Source: Chitinophaga pinensis (GTDB taxonomy: Bacteria > Bacteroidota > Bacteroidia > UKL13-3). Taken from it: a stretch of DNA of 64,000 nucleotides. Position numbers and translations under genes: made by a program. The notes under the pieces were generated by a model. The model searched no databases and was not told the DNA's origin. It saw only the letters and a list, made by a program, of their open reading frames with translations. The stretch spans positions 5,007 through 69,006 of the forward strand of contig CAMDHZ010000002.1 in assembly GCA_945898275.1 (NCBI GenBank), given 5' to 3'. Positions 9,219-17,739 of the stretch are shown in pieces. The number at the start of each line of letters is the position of its first letter. Position 1 is the stretch's first letter.

Positions 9219-12134
9219 ATGGAAAACAAACAACTTTCTGATAATAGAATCTCCTACTGTATTGATGCCAGAAATGCCAATGAAAGTTGGTGGGAAAGTC
9301 TTGAAGGCTTTGTTTCAAAAACAAAGCAAGACCTAGAAGTGATTTGCCTTACTTCCTCCAATAAGTCATCCAATAATCCCAAAATAATCATCCAAACTTG
9401 GGATAATACAATAACTGCCTCAGGAAACTTTTCTTCAGCACTTCAGAATGCCTCTGGCAGCTTATCTGTATGTTTTTGGAATACTGTAGGAACTTTAGGA
9501 AATATTTCTCAGCAAATTCAAACCCAAAAGAAATTACTAAACCTGCAATCTCTTTCTATTGGTTCATTCCAACTTACTACAAAAGGAAGCAAAGTTAAAA
9601 TTCCCATTGCAGATAAGATATACAATAGTCTTACTAGAATCTTTACCTCTATTAAAGGTTCTGATTGCAATTCAGGAATTATTGCAGCCAATACACAATG
9701 GCTAAGTCAAAAACTTTCAAGCGATTTAGTAGCAGCAAATAATTTCCTTCAACTACTAAATTTAGCATCTTCCTATAAGGTTAAATCTCAAGAATTTGCA
9801 ATCAACAACCTCGAAAATAAACCAAGAAACAATTGGGTGAATCTAATTCCAAGCTTTTTTTCTTTAAGATGGAATTACTTTATCACCGATGCCAAATTGC
9901 AACTTAAACTTACAGACCAAAAATTAGGTTCAGGTAACCATCCGCTATATAGGATGCTTTATTTTGTTTTCTTTATCCTAATTAGTTTTGCCATGCCAAT
10001 TCTTTCTCAGGATTTTGGAAGTACTTGGGACGAAAAGGCACACAACGATTATTCCCAACTTGCCTATAGATATTTAACAACATTTGGAGAGGACTCAGCA
10101 GCTTTAGCAGAACCAGCCAATGGAGGAGAATATATTCGCCAAGCTTATAGATTTTATGGAGAACAACTAAATACAATTGCAGCATTTACCTACAATACTT
10201 TTGGCACTGGGGTTTACGAAACAAGGCATTTCATCAATAGTTTATATGGATTAATTGGACTTATATTTACCTCTTTGATTGCATTTGAATTAGCAGGTTG
10301 GCGTGCTGGCTTACTTGCATTACTTTTTATGTTTTTTAACCCAGGATGGATGGGCAACAGTATGAATAACCCAACTGATATTCCATTTGCTGTAGGATTT
10401 GCATTTGCAGGTTATTTTATGATAAAAGTTGTGAGAAGCCTACCGCAACCCCTATATAGAAATTTATTATGGCTCGCGGTTGGAATTGGAATAGGATTAG
10501 CATCACGTGTAGGAGCCTTGCTTATTTTGGCCTATTTTGGATTATTCCTAGCTATTCATTGGATAACCCTATTTAAACAAAAGGGTTCAAATCCCATGAA
10601 ACTTATTTTCCCATACGCCAAAATATTTCTAATTGTTGGAGTGATTGGCTATATCCTTGGAATTTTAATTTGGCCTTATGCCTTAGATAATCCTCTGGAA
10701 CACCCATTACTTGCCTTCAAAAAAGCCTCAGAAAATGCATTTTATACCAACAATGTGGAGCTATTTGAAGGAAAAAGAATGTATATGATCACTAGCGCGC
10801 CATGGTATTATGTATTCAAATTCTTAGGCATGGGAAATCCAATATATCTAATATTAGGTGTTGTTGCAAGTGTTTTGCTTTACCTTCCTTTGAAGAATAA
10901 AATAGGGATTGGTTCATACCTAATCTTGCTTTTTATGCTGCTTTTCCCAATTCTCTATGCAGAATATAGCAATTTAAATTACTACAATGGATGGAGACAT
11001 TACCTTTTCGTTCTGCCATTTGGAGTAAGTTTAGCAGCAATTTTTTGGGATTATTTATTAAGTCAAAAAAAGGCCATTGCGCTAAGTGCTTCGTTTATTC
11101 TTCTTGCATTATTTGCAAAACCTTCTATTTGGATCATACAAAACCACCCAAACCAATACGTCTATTTTAATGAGTTTGTAGGCGGACTAAAAGGTGCTTA
11201 TGGCACCTATGAAACAGATTATTATTCTAACTCTTGCAGGGAAGCTGCAGAATGGATTGCCAAACAACATCCAACAGATTCTTTGATTGTTGGAATTAAC
11301 AACGAAACTACAACTGCTGCTTATTGGGCCCACCAGATTAATCCTAACTTAAATTTTGTATGGACCAGAGAAATGGAAGAACAAAAACTTACTTGGGATT
11401 ACTTAATTTTAACAACACGTACCTTTTCAAAAAACGAATTACTAAATGGGTCATTTCCTCCAGCGGGCACGGTTTACACAGTTGAAGCAGATGGAATTCC
11501 ATTAGCGGCCGTTATTAAAAGGGCCAATTGGAGTATGCCAAGAGGTTACAAGGCGGTTGATAACTCTAATTTTGATTCTGCAATTTGGTACTTTAATGAT
11601 GCTGTAAAATATGCACCAAAAGATGAAGAGGCTTGGCGGATGTTGGGTTTCTCATTAATCAATACTTCTCAAATGGATAGTGCAGAAAAAACCTTACTAA
11701 AAGCTATTGAAATATATCCAGAAAACTTTACAGCCTACAGCAATTTAGGTTTAGTATATTTTAATCGAAAAGAATTTCAAAAAGCTACAGAAACCTTCAA
11801 AAAGAGCACAGACTTAAAAGAAAATGTAGTTGAAAGCTGGTATTATGCAGCTTTAGCCTATTTAAACTTGAATGACTATACTAATGGAATTAGATGTTTG
11901 GAAATGGCCAAAAAACATAATACCTCAATTCCAGAAGTATTCTATTATTTAGGTAAAGCATATGCAGCTACAAATAACTTTAACCTTGCTGCAGAAAACT
12001 ATCAATATGCTTTAGGCATGAACCCAAATTTCTTGCAGGCTTGGGGAGAATTAGCGCAGGTGTTTCAAAAACAAGGAAACAACGCAGCTGCTGAAGAATG
12101 TATAAAAAGGTACAGAGCCTTAGGCGGTTCATAA
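9219..12134 (+). CDS. GT-C superfamily (PMT/ArnT/TMTC-like) membrane glycosyltransferase with N-terminal unknown domain and C-terminal TPR repeats
   Basis: 971 aa. About 240 aa are soluble N-terminally. The first TM is LYRMLYFVFFILISFAMPILS, immediately followed by STWDEKAHNDY; an Asp-Glu in the first extracytoplasmic loop is the GT-C PMT/ArnT signature. About 10 further TM helices follow. The C-terminal roughly 170 aa contain about 5 TPR repeats (AWRMLGFSLIN.., AYSNLGLVYF.., SWYYAALAYL.., VFYYLGKAYA.., AWGELAQVFQ..). Confidence 0.65.
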   Translation: MENKQLSDNRISYCIDARNANESWWESLEGFVSKTKQDLEVICLTSSNKSSNNPKIIIQTWDNTITASGNFSSALQNASGSLSVCFWNTVGTLGNISQQIQTQKKLLNLQSLSIGSFQLTTKGSKVKIPIADKIYNSLTRIFTSIKGSDCNSGIIAANTQWLSQKLSSDLVAANNFLQLLNLASSYKVKSQEFAINNLENKPRNNWVNLIPSFFSLRWNYFITDAKLQLKLTDQKLGSGNHPLYRMLYFVFFILISFAMPILSQDFGSTWDEKAHNDYSQLAYRYLTTFGEDSAALAEPANGGEYIRQAYRFYGEQLNTIAAFTYNTFGTGVYETRHFINSLYGLIGLIFTSLIAFELAGWRAGLLALLFMFFNPGWMGNSMNNPTDIPFAVGFAFAGYFMIKVVRSLPQPLYRNLLWLAVGIGIGLASRVGALLILAYFGLFLAIHWITLFKQKGSNPMKLIFPYAKIFLIVGVIGYILGILIWPYALDNPLEHPLLAFKKASENAFYTNNVELFEGKRMYMITSAPWYYVFKFLGMGNPIYLILGVVASVLLYLPLKNKIGIGSYLILLFMLLFPILYAEYSNLNYYNGWRHYLFVLPFGVSLAAIFWDYLLSQKKAIALSASFILLALFAKPSIWIIQNHPNQYVYFNEFVGGLKGAYGTYETDYYSNSCREAAEWIAKQHPTDSLIVGINNETTTAAYWAHQINPNLNFVWTREMEEQKLTWDYLILTTRTFSKNELLNGSFPPAGTVYTVEADGIPLAAVIKRANWSMPRGYKAVDNSNFDSAIWYFNDAVKYAPKDEEAWRMLGFSLINTSQMDSAEKTLLKAIEIYPENFTAYSNLGLVYFNRKEFQKATETFKKSTDLKENVVESWYYAALAYLNLNDYTNGIRCLEMAKKHNTSIPEVFYYLGKAYAATNNFNLAAENYQYALGMNPNFLQAWGELAQVFQKQGNNAAAEECIKRYRALGGS

Positions 12135-12175
12135 CCTCTTATTCACAATAATTATTATACTTGTCTATTTTTACT

Positions 12176-12219
12176 AAAACCTCTTAACCCTTATTAAATA
12201 AAGGGTTAAGAGGTTTTTT
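12176..12219 (+). terminator. Rho-independent terminator after the GT2/MT/GT-C operon
   Basis: Perfect 13-bp inverted repeat CCTCTTAACCCTT / AAGGGTTAAGAGG with a 9-nt loop, followed by a T6 run. Confidence 0.75.
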
Positions 12220-12261
12220 AATAGCTATTCTATTTCAAAATTACGAAATCCACTGTTTACG

Positions 12262-13485
12262 TTGGAAACCCTATTGTTAAGCCAATGTAAAAAGACTTTA
12301 GTTTCGTATTTGATGATACTCATAAATAAATACGAACCCATAATTTCAATAGATAAATCATTCGAAAACTGTGAGCAAGAATATGCTGAACTATGCAAAA
12401 TTTTCAACTTTATAGACTTACCAACGAGTATTAAAAATATTGAAAAAACAAACTCAGCTATCCTTAGAACGTATTATGCAAACGCATTAGACAATAACTT
12501 AATTGAAATAAAAATTGTTAAATACTTAATAAATAAAAATCTTAGAGGAACTACCCTTGCCGAAAAGGCAATAGAGCAATATTATCAAGCAGAACACTTT
12601 TTATCTCAACATATTCATCAGCCATTAAGCATCAACTTAATCAAAGATGTTATTCAAATAATTTCTAGTGAATCCAATTTTGAATTTGAAGAAAAGACAT
12701 TTTTCAATACAAGCAATTCGAGTATATCTAATCAGCTAAATTCAGACAGTGAAATTGAGTTAGAAAGCTTATTCGATTTCCTGAACTTAGATAGTGAGTT
12801 TCATCCCATTGTTCAGAGTTGGATTCTTCATTTTAGACTTCGCTCAATACCTTTAATTAATGAGGGTGCAAATAAATTGGCCTCCTTATTTCAACAGTTT
12901 TGGCTCCAAAAAAAGCAAATGGACCTAGAAGGGCTTTTAAGTTTAGAACATGAACTCTATTTAAATAAGTTGGAATATGAAGAAATAATCAATCGCTCCA
13001 TCGTAGGAGAAAGCAATGTCTTAAACAAACAACTGGCATTTGGTTTACAACTCCATCTTTCTCAAATTAATAGAATTAAAGACCTACTAAAATCCTATTT
13101 CAGGAAACAAATTGCCTTTGATAAATTAAATGCTAGGCAAAAAAATATTATGAACTATGTCTTCGAAAGAGGCTATAAACTCAAAGAGATTGATGATTCA
13201 ATTCTTAATAAAAGACAGAAACTCATCATGTATATTATCCAACATCGGGGGTTTATTTCTACAAAAGAATTGGTAAACGAATTTGATTGCAATAGAAAAA
13301 CCATTCAACGCGACTTTCAAATATTAATGGATATGGGTTTGGTAAAATCTATTGGCGCTGGTGCTGGACTTAGATACTGCATAAACCTACAAGAAAAAAG
13401 AAATCCGCATTTGGAAAACTTCCAAGCGGATTTCTTAAGAAATAATAAAGATGAAAATAATTCAACAAACGATTATTACCTATAA
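12262..13485 (+). CDS. Fic/DOC-like protein with degenerate active-site motif and C-terminal DeoR-type winged HTH
   Basis: The segment FHPIVQSWILHFRLRSIPLINEGANKLASLF aligns to the Fic core FHP...HxxFxxIHPFxDGNGRxxRLL, but HPF(D/E)GNGR is replaced by IPLINEGANK, so the catalytic His is lost. The C-terminal ISTKELVNEFDCNRKTIQRDFQILMDMGLVK is a wHTH. The ORF opens with TTG at 12262; the first ATG is at 12313. Confidence 0.5.
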   Translation: METLLLSQCKKTLVSYLMILINKYEPIISIDKSFENCEQEYAELCKIFNFIDLPTSIKNIEKTNSAILRTYYANALDNNLIEIKIVKYLINKNLRGTTLAEKAIEQYYQAEHFLSQHIHQPLSINLIKDVIQIISSESNFEFEEKTFFNTSNSSISNQLNSDSEIELESLFDFLNLDSEFHPIVQSWILHFRLRSIPLINEGANKLASLFQQFWLQKKQMDLEGLLSLEHELYLNKLEYEEIINRSIVGESNVLNKQLAFGLQLHLSQINRIKDLLKSYFRKQIAFDKLNARQKNIMNYVFERGYKLKEIDDSILNKRQKLIMYIIQHRGFISTKELVNEFDCNRKTIQRDFQILMDMGLVKSIGAGAGLRYCINLQEKRNPHLENFQADFLRNNKDENNSTNDYYL

Positions 13486-13701
13486 CTCGTCTTCGTTATA
13501 AAAATAATCTTCATTTGTAGGATAATCTGGCCAAATTTCTTCAATTGTCTCAAAAGGTTCGCCATCGTCTTCCAATTCCTGTAGGTTTTCTATAACCTCT
13601 AAAGGTGCACCAGATCTAATGGCATAATCTATTAATTCATCCTTTGTTGCCGGCCACGGAGCATCATCTAAGTAAGACGCTAATTCTAATGTCCAATACA
13701 T
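13480..13701 (-). CDS. DUF2795 family small acidic protein
   Basis: 73 aa. ASYLDDAPWPATKDELIDYAIRSGAPLEVIENLQELEDDGEPFETIEEIW matches the DUF2795 pattern (ASYL..PA.KdeLi.yA...ga..evle.L..lpd..y.s..ev). ATG at 13701. Confidence 0.6.
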   Translation of the reverse strand: MYWTLELASYLDDAPWPATKDELIDYAIRSGAPLEVIENLQELEDDGEPFETIEEIWPDYPTNEDYFYNEDEL

Positions 13702-13787
13702 ACTTGTCTAATTTATATTTACGCGAATTTATAAAAAGAGTTCAGTTGTGCATCAAGTTTTTATGAAACTTGAAGAATTGCTTCAAA

Positions 13788-14813
13788 TTAATTGAATATG
13801 AGGCGTTTGATTATTTCTTTTCTTGCCAATTTACCTGAATTTGTAAACAAAAATGAATCTAAAACTATTCTATGAGTGGGTATCTCATATTTATGCAAGC
13901 TTTGTTGCAAGTAATCCTGAAGGTTTGAAAATGTTATATCACTCATTTTTCTTTCAGTTACCAAGCAAACTGATTCGCCCAAATTTAAATCAGGTTTACC
14001 AAAAACCATAAGATTTCCAAAGTCTTCTTTGTAAATTTCTACCCATTCAAATATTTTTTGTTCAACCTTTTCCGGACTTACTTTATATGCTCCTGAGTTA
14101 ATGACAAAATCAACTCTTCCATTAATCCTGAAGCGTCCTTCAGCATTCATTTCTACAAAGTCATTTGTTAAAAGGTCACTTCTCAAAAAAGGTGTGCTAA
14201 TAATTAGTGTGCATTCATCAGATAGTCTTACTCGGTAACCCTCCAAAACTTCATACCATTCCGAGCGATTCAAATCCATTAAAGCAATATGTGTTAGCGT
14301 TTCAGTCATTCCATAAGTATGAAAGACATTGTTTCCTTTACCAATCAGCTTGGTTCTCAATTCAGCATTGATGGCAGCCCCACCTATCAATACATTTTTT
14401 ATAAGCGCAAACTTTTGTTCATCAAAATTTTCATTTGAAATTTGAAGCGGAACAAAAGAAGCAAATGTATAAGGATGTTTAGAAGAAATCTTCGTCCAAA
14501 ACTTTGCAGAAGGTGAGATAATAGAAACACGACAGGCTAAATAACATGCCCTCAAGAACATCATTGCACCCGCAATAAAATTTGGGTCAAGGCATAAAAA
14601 AATATGCTCTTGACCCATTTTTAAATCTAATCTTTTGACAGTTGATTCAATACTGCTAATTACCTGCTGTTTTGTAAAAATAATTCGCTTTGGTTCACCA
14701 GTACTTCCAGAGGTACTAAACTCAAAATCAGCATCATTTTCCCATGCAAAAAGCAACTCATAAATTCTTTGCTTATATGCGTACTCACCAATAAATTCTA
14801 GTTCAAATGCCAA
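13788..14813 (-). CDS. Short AMP-binding (adenylate-forming) enzyme, MenE-like o-succinylbenzoate-CoA ligase family
   Basis: 341 aa. AMP-binding P-loop-like STSGSTGEPKRI, then YGMTET and a C-terminal GK(L)ARKE lysine motif. The size matches the short Bacteroidota MenE form. TTG start at 14813, 8 nt after the upstream stop. Confidence 0.55.
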   Translation of the reverse strand: MAFELEFIGEYAYKQRIYELLFAWENDADFEFSTSGSTGEPKRIIFTKQQVISSIESTVKRLDLKMGQEHIFLCLDPNFIAGAMMFLRACYLACRVSIISPSAKFWTKISSKHPYTFASFVPLQISNENFDEQKFALIKNVLIGGAAINAELRTKLIGKGNNVFHTYGMTETLTHIALMDLNRSEWYEVLEGYRVRLSDECTLIISTPFLRSDLLTNDFVEMNAEGRFRINGRVDFVINSGAYKVSPEKVEQKIFEWVEIYKEDFGNLMVFGKPDLNLGESVCLVTERKMSDITFSNLQDYLQQSLHKYEIPTHRIVLDSFLFTNSGKLARKEIIKRLIFN

Positions 14814-14821
14814 TTATTTAA

Positions 14822-15622
14822 TTATTGTTGAACCAAAAGTTTTCTGGTCAAGACATCTTCAGCAACTTGAACACTTAAAAAATATAAGCCAGCCTTCATA
14901 GAAGGAATCCTAAACTTTTCAGTAAATGTGCCAGCTGCATTAGCGCCATCATATAACTCAACAACTGATTTACCAGTAATATCAATAAGTTCAATTTTAA
15001 CCTTGCCAGCCTTTTTCATCTCAAAACTCAAATTCAAATCTTGATTAACATTTGGGTTAGGGAACATCTTCAACGAAGTAATAGATTCATTGCTATTAAT
15101 TCCGTTAGCAATTTTTTCACTTACAGTATATTTAGTTTTTCTAACCAAGCTTCTATTATTAGCAAATGCGCCATAAAAATCTACATTGCCTGTGCCAGCG
15201 GCTGGAGCCGTCCAAGTAAAACTCCAAGTTGCACTTGCACTTGAAATTGGTTGGGTATGTGTGATGTACTTTCCACCAACTCTTTGGTTTCCTGTTCCAG
15301 CTGTTAAAGAACCTATCAAAGTACCATCAGCCTTTTGCGGACTTACAATAAAACCCTTGTTACCACTTTGATCAACAGTTACAGAGACAGTATAAGTTGC
15401 ACCTGCTGTATATCCTTCAGCAGGAATGTTACTACTTATAATACCTGTTGCATCTTGGGCTGTACCATTATGGCAACCAGAAGTAGCGCAAGTTTTTCCT
15501 CCATCTCCTGGAGAGCCAGTTCTGCCATCAGACGGTGCACCATCAGGGTAAGATTTCAAAGTTGGTATGGTTATACCCATAAACGTTGAAATAAATAGAA
15601 TTAGTAAAGTTTTTCTTTTCAT
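14822..15622 (-). CDS. Secreted T9SS cargo protein (N-terminal Cys/Gly-rich domain + Por C-terminal sorting domain)
   Basis: 266 aa. Signal peptide present. The C-terminal roughly 80 aa (MFPNPNVNQDLNLSFEMKKAGKVKIELIDITGKSVV...AGLYFLSVQ...KLLV) match the T9SS CTD consensus (TIGR04183-like). The N-terminal region carries GAPSDGRTGSPGDGGKTCATSGCHNG. Confidence 0.6.
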   Translation of the reverse strand: MKRKTLLILFISTFMGITIPTLKSYPDGAPSDGRTGSPGDGGKTCATSGCHNGTAQDATGIISSNIPAEGYTAGATYTVSVTVDQSGNKGFIVSPQKADGTLIGSLTAGTGNQRVGGKYITHTQPISSASATWSFTWTAPAAGTGNVDFYGAFANNRSLVRKTKYTVSEKIANGINSNESITSLKMFPNPNVNQDLNLSFEMKKAGKVKIELIDITGKSVVELYDGANAAGTFTEKFRIPSMKAGLYFLSVQVAEDVLTRKLLVQQ

Positions 15623-15689
15623 AATATTGTTATTATTAAGCTAGACAAGCATAAAAGGATTTGGTTGCATTAACAGTGCTATTTTATAA

Positions 15690-17000
15690 TTATTTAACCC
15701 TCAACCATGGCAATGGGTTTTGAAATACTCTTTGTTTCCAAACCTCAAAATGCAATCTGCCTTCTCCAGAATCCTGATGAACCGCCAAAGCACCGATTAC
15801 CTTTCCAGTATCAATAGACTCACCAATCTTTACAGAAACCTTTGCTAACCTTGCATAAACGGTATAATACTCCCCATGACTTACCAAAACAACTTTATCC
15901 AAACCAGGGATTGGAAAAATTGCCTTAACCACTCCTTTGTATACTGCTTTAACTTCGGCATTTGGCTTTGATAGAATTTCTATTCCATTATTTGTCGTAA
16001 CAACACCTTTAAGCGTTGGATGGGCATGGTCACCAAAAGTTTCAATTACCTTCCCGCTAACCGGCCAAGGAAGTTTTCCTTTGCTACTCGAAAAATCAAG
16101 TCCTAACTTAATATCAGCATCACTTAGGTAACTTGTACTCGTTTTTGGTGCCGATGGTTTATTCGCTTTCTGTGCTGCAGCTCTTTTCTTTTCTTCGGCC
16201 TTTCTTGCAGCCTCAATTTCTCTGGCAATTTGAAGCTCAATTTCTTTACTCAATTTCTTAGCAGCAAGCACTTGTTTTTCAATCTTCTGCTTTAAATCTT
16301 TCTCCTTCCCTTGCAATTGGGTCAATAATTTTTGTTCTTCCTGTTTGTCTTGGACCAAAGCCTTTTTTTCTGTCTCTTTTTCCTTAATTAAAAATGCTTT
16401 CTCTTGTTTAACTGTAATCATTTCGGAAATCAAAGCAATCATCTGCCTTTGCGTATTTAGGATAAGTTGTGCCTGCTTTTGTCTGTAGGTACCATAGGCA
16501 TTTAAATACCTCAAGCGACGCATCGCCTGCTGCAAGTCTTTGGCTTCAAATACAAAAAATAATAAATCAGCACTATTGAGCCTTCTTTTGTAGGCCGCAA
16601 TTAAAAAATTCGCATAATCTTGTTTTAGCAAAATAACGTCCTGTCGTAGCTTGGTAACCATTTCCTTTTGGTTGCCAATTTGCAGCGTTAATTCAAATGC
16701 TTGCTGTCCAACAACATTAATAACTTGCTCACGGTTTTCGATTTGTTCGGCTAATATTTTAAGCTCCTTTTCTTTATTAAAAGCTTCCGCCTTAACTTTA
16801 ATTAATTCATTTTTATTTTTTCTTATGCTTTCTTGTAATTGCTTCCTTTTGGCTTCTAACTCCTTTCTCCTATCGGCAGGTGTTTGAGCAGCAAAAACTG
16901 AAATAATTAGGCTTAAAAAAATAATAACTAAGAAGTACTTAGTTAAATTTTTCAACTTTATAAGATTTAGGAACAACAAAAGAGGGGTCTTGGTTAACAT
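15690..17000 (-). CDS. M23 family metallopeptidase with N-terminal coiled-coil (EnvC-like murein hydrolase activator/peptidase)
   Basis: 436 aa. Signal peptide, about 250 aa of coiled coil, and a C-terminal M23 domain (LVSHGEYYTVYARL ... RLHFEVWK). The start is uncertain because the annotated ATG at 17000 overlaps the upstream gene by 62 nt; an alternative TTG lies at 16955. Confidence 0.8.
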   Translation of the reverse strand: MLTKTPLLLFLNLIKLKNLTKYFLVIIFLSLIISVFAAQTPADRRKELEAKRKQLQESIRKNKNELIKVKAEAFNKEKELKILAEQIENREQVINVVGQQAFELTLQIGNQKEMVTKLRQDVILLKQDYANFLIAAYKRRLNSADLLFFVFEAKDLQQAMRRLRYLNAYGTYRQKQAQLILNTQRQMIALISEMITVKQEKAFLIKEKETEKKALVQDKQEEQKLLTQLQGKEKDLKQKIEKQVLAAKKLSKEIELQIAREIEAARKAEEKKRAAAQKANKPSAPKTSTSYLSDADIKLGLDFSSSKGKLPWPVSGKVIETFGDHAHPTLKGVVTTNNGIEILSKPNAEVKAVYKGVVKAIFPIPGLDKVVLVSHGEYYTVYARLAKVSVKIGESIDTGKVIGALAVHQDSGEGRLHFEVWKQRVFQNPLPWLRVK

Positions 17001-17730
17001 CTAGTGCGAAATTGCTCATTGTAAAATGGCATTCCACTTTTTTTTCTCCCTTAATGTTAATTAAAATGTCGCTAGGCAGACTATTTTCTCCTACCTGCTC
17101 AAAACTTCCATATTTTATGGCCATCTCCCGCGCATTTCCTTGTTCACTTAACCATACATCACTAACTTTAAAGGATGAATTATAAGTTGCTTTCTGCATT
17201 AACAATCCAATTTGAGTAAAAATTTGAAGATAATTATTGCTTGTATCCAATTTAGTTTCTTCAAATCTAGCATCAAACAAAGTGTTACCATAAACAAGAT
17301 TTTGTATTTCAGTAAAAGTAAGTGGTGCCTTTATGAAGCTATTTAAATAACTATAGGAAGCAGTAATATACTTCTTGTTTATATAATCAATTATTCTAAT
17401 AGAATCGGGTTTTAGCAATATCCTAGCAACGTTTACAAGTCCGAATGCCTTTGCATTTAGCCAAATGTATTGGTCTTTTTTTATGGTTAACTCTAAATTT
17501 AAAGTTACACTGTTCTTGTCGTCTTTATAATCTGCGACAGCAGAATATTTAAGGGCATTTGCATTAAATTTTGCGGCTTTTACTTGGTTCAAAACAACCA
17601 ATAAACTTTCATTACTTTTACTTTTTAAACGTTCAGTTGGCAACTCACCTTGTGTACTTGCTTTTTTAGTTTTGCAAGAAAAGATTAAACTGAGCAATAA
17701 GAACACACTTACAAAAGCAATAAATCTCAT
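16939..17730 (-). CDS. DUF4292-like (LolA-fold) lipoprotein
   Basis: 263 aa. Lipoprotein signal MRFIAFVSVFLLLSLIFSCK. Conserved Bacteroidota position between a TPR protein and an M23 peptidase. Confidence 0.55.
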   Translation of the reverse strand: MRFIAFVSVFLLLSLIFSCKTKKASTQGELPTERLKSKSNESLLVVLNQVKAAKFNANALKYSAVADYKDDKNSVTLNLELTIKKDQYIWLNAKAFGLVNVARILLKPDSIRIIDYINKKYITASYSYLNSFIKAPLTFTEIQNLVYGNTLFDARFEETKLDTSNNYLQIFTQIGLLMQKATYNSSFKVSDVWLSEQGNAREMAIKYGSFEQVGENSLPSDILINIKGEKKVECHFTMSNFALDVNQDPSFVVPKSYKVEKFN

Positions 17731-17739
17731 AATTAAAAT

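Noticed and set aside
12176-12219. 13-bp perfect inverted repeat, considered as a possible mobile-element end or REP-like element
   Set aside because: It is single-copy in the window, followed by a T-run, and positioned exactly at the end of an operon. A rho-independent terminator explains it fully.
15460-15495. TCATSGCHNG in the T9SS cargo protein, considered as a haem c-binding site
   Set aside because: The spacing is C-x4-C-H, not the canonical C-x2-C-H. No cytochrome c maturation context is visible, so it is treated as part of a Cys/Gly-rich fold rather than a haem motif.
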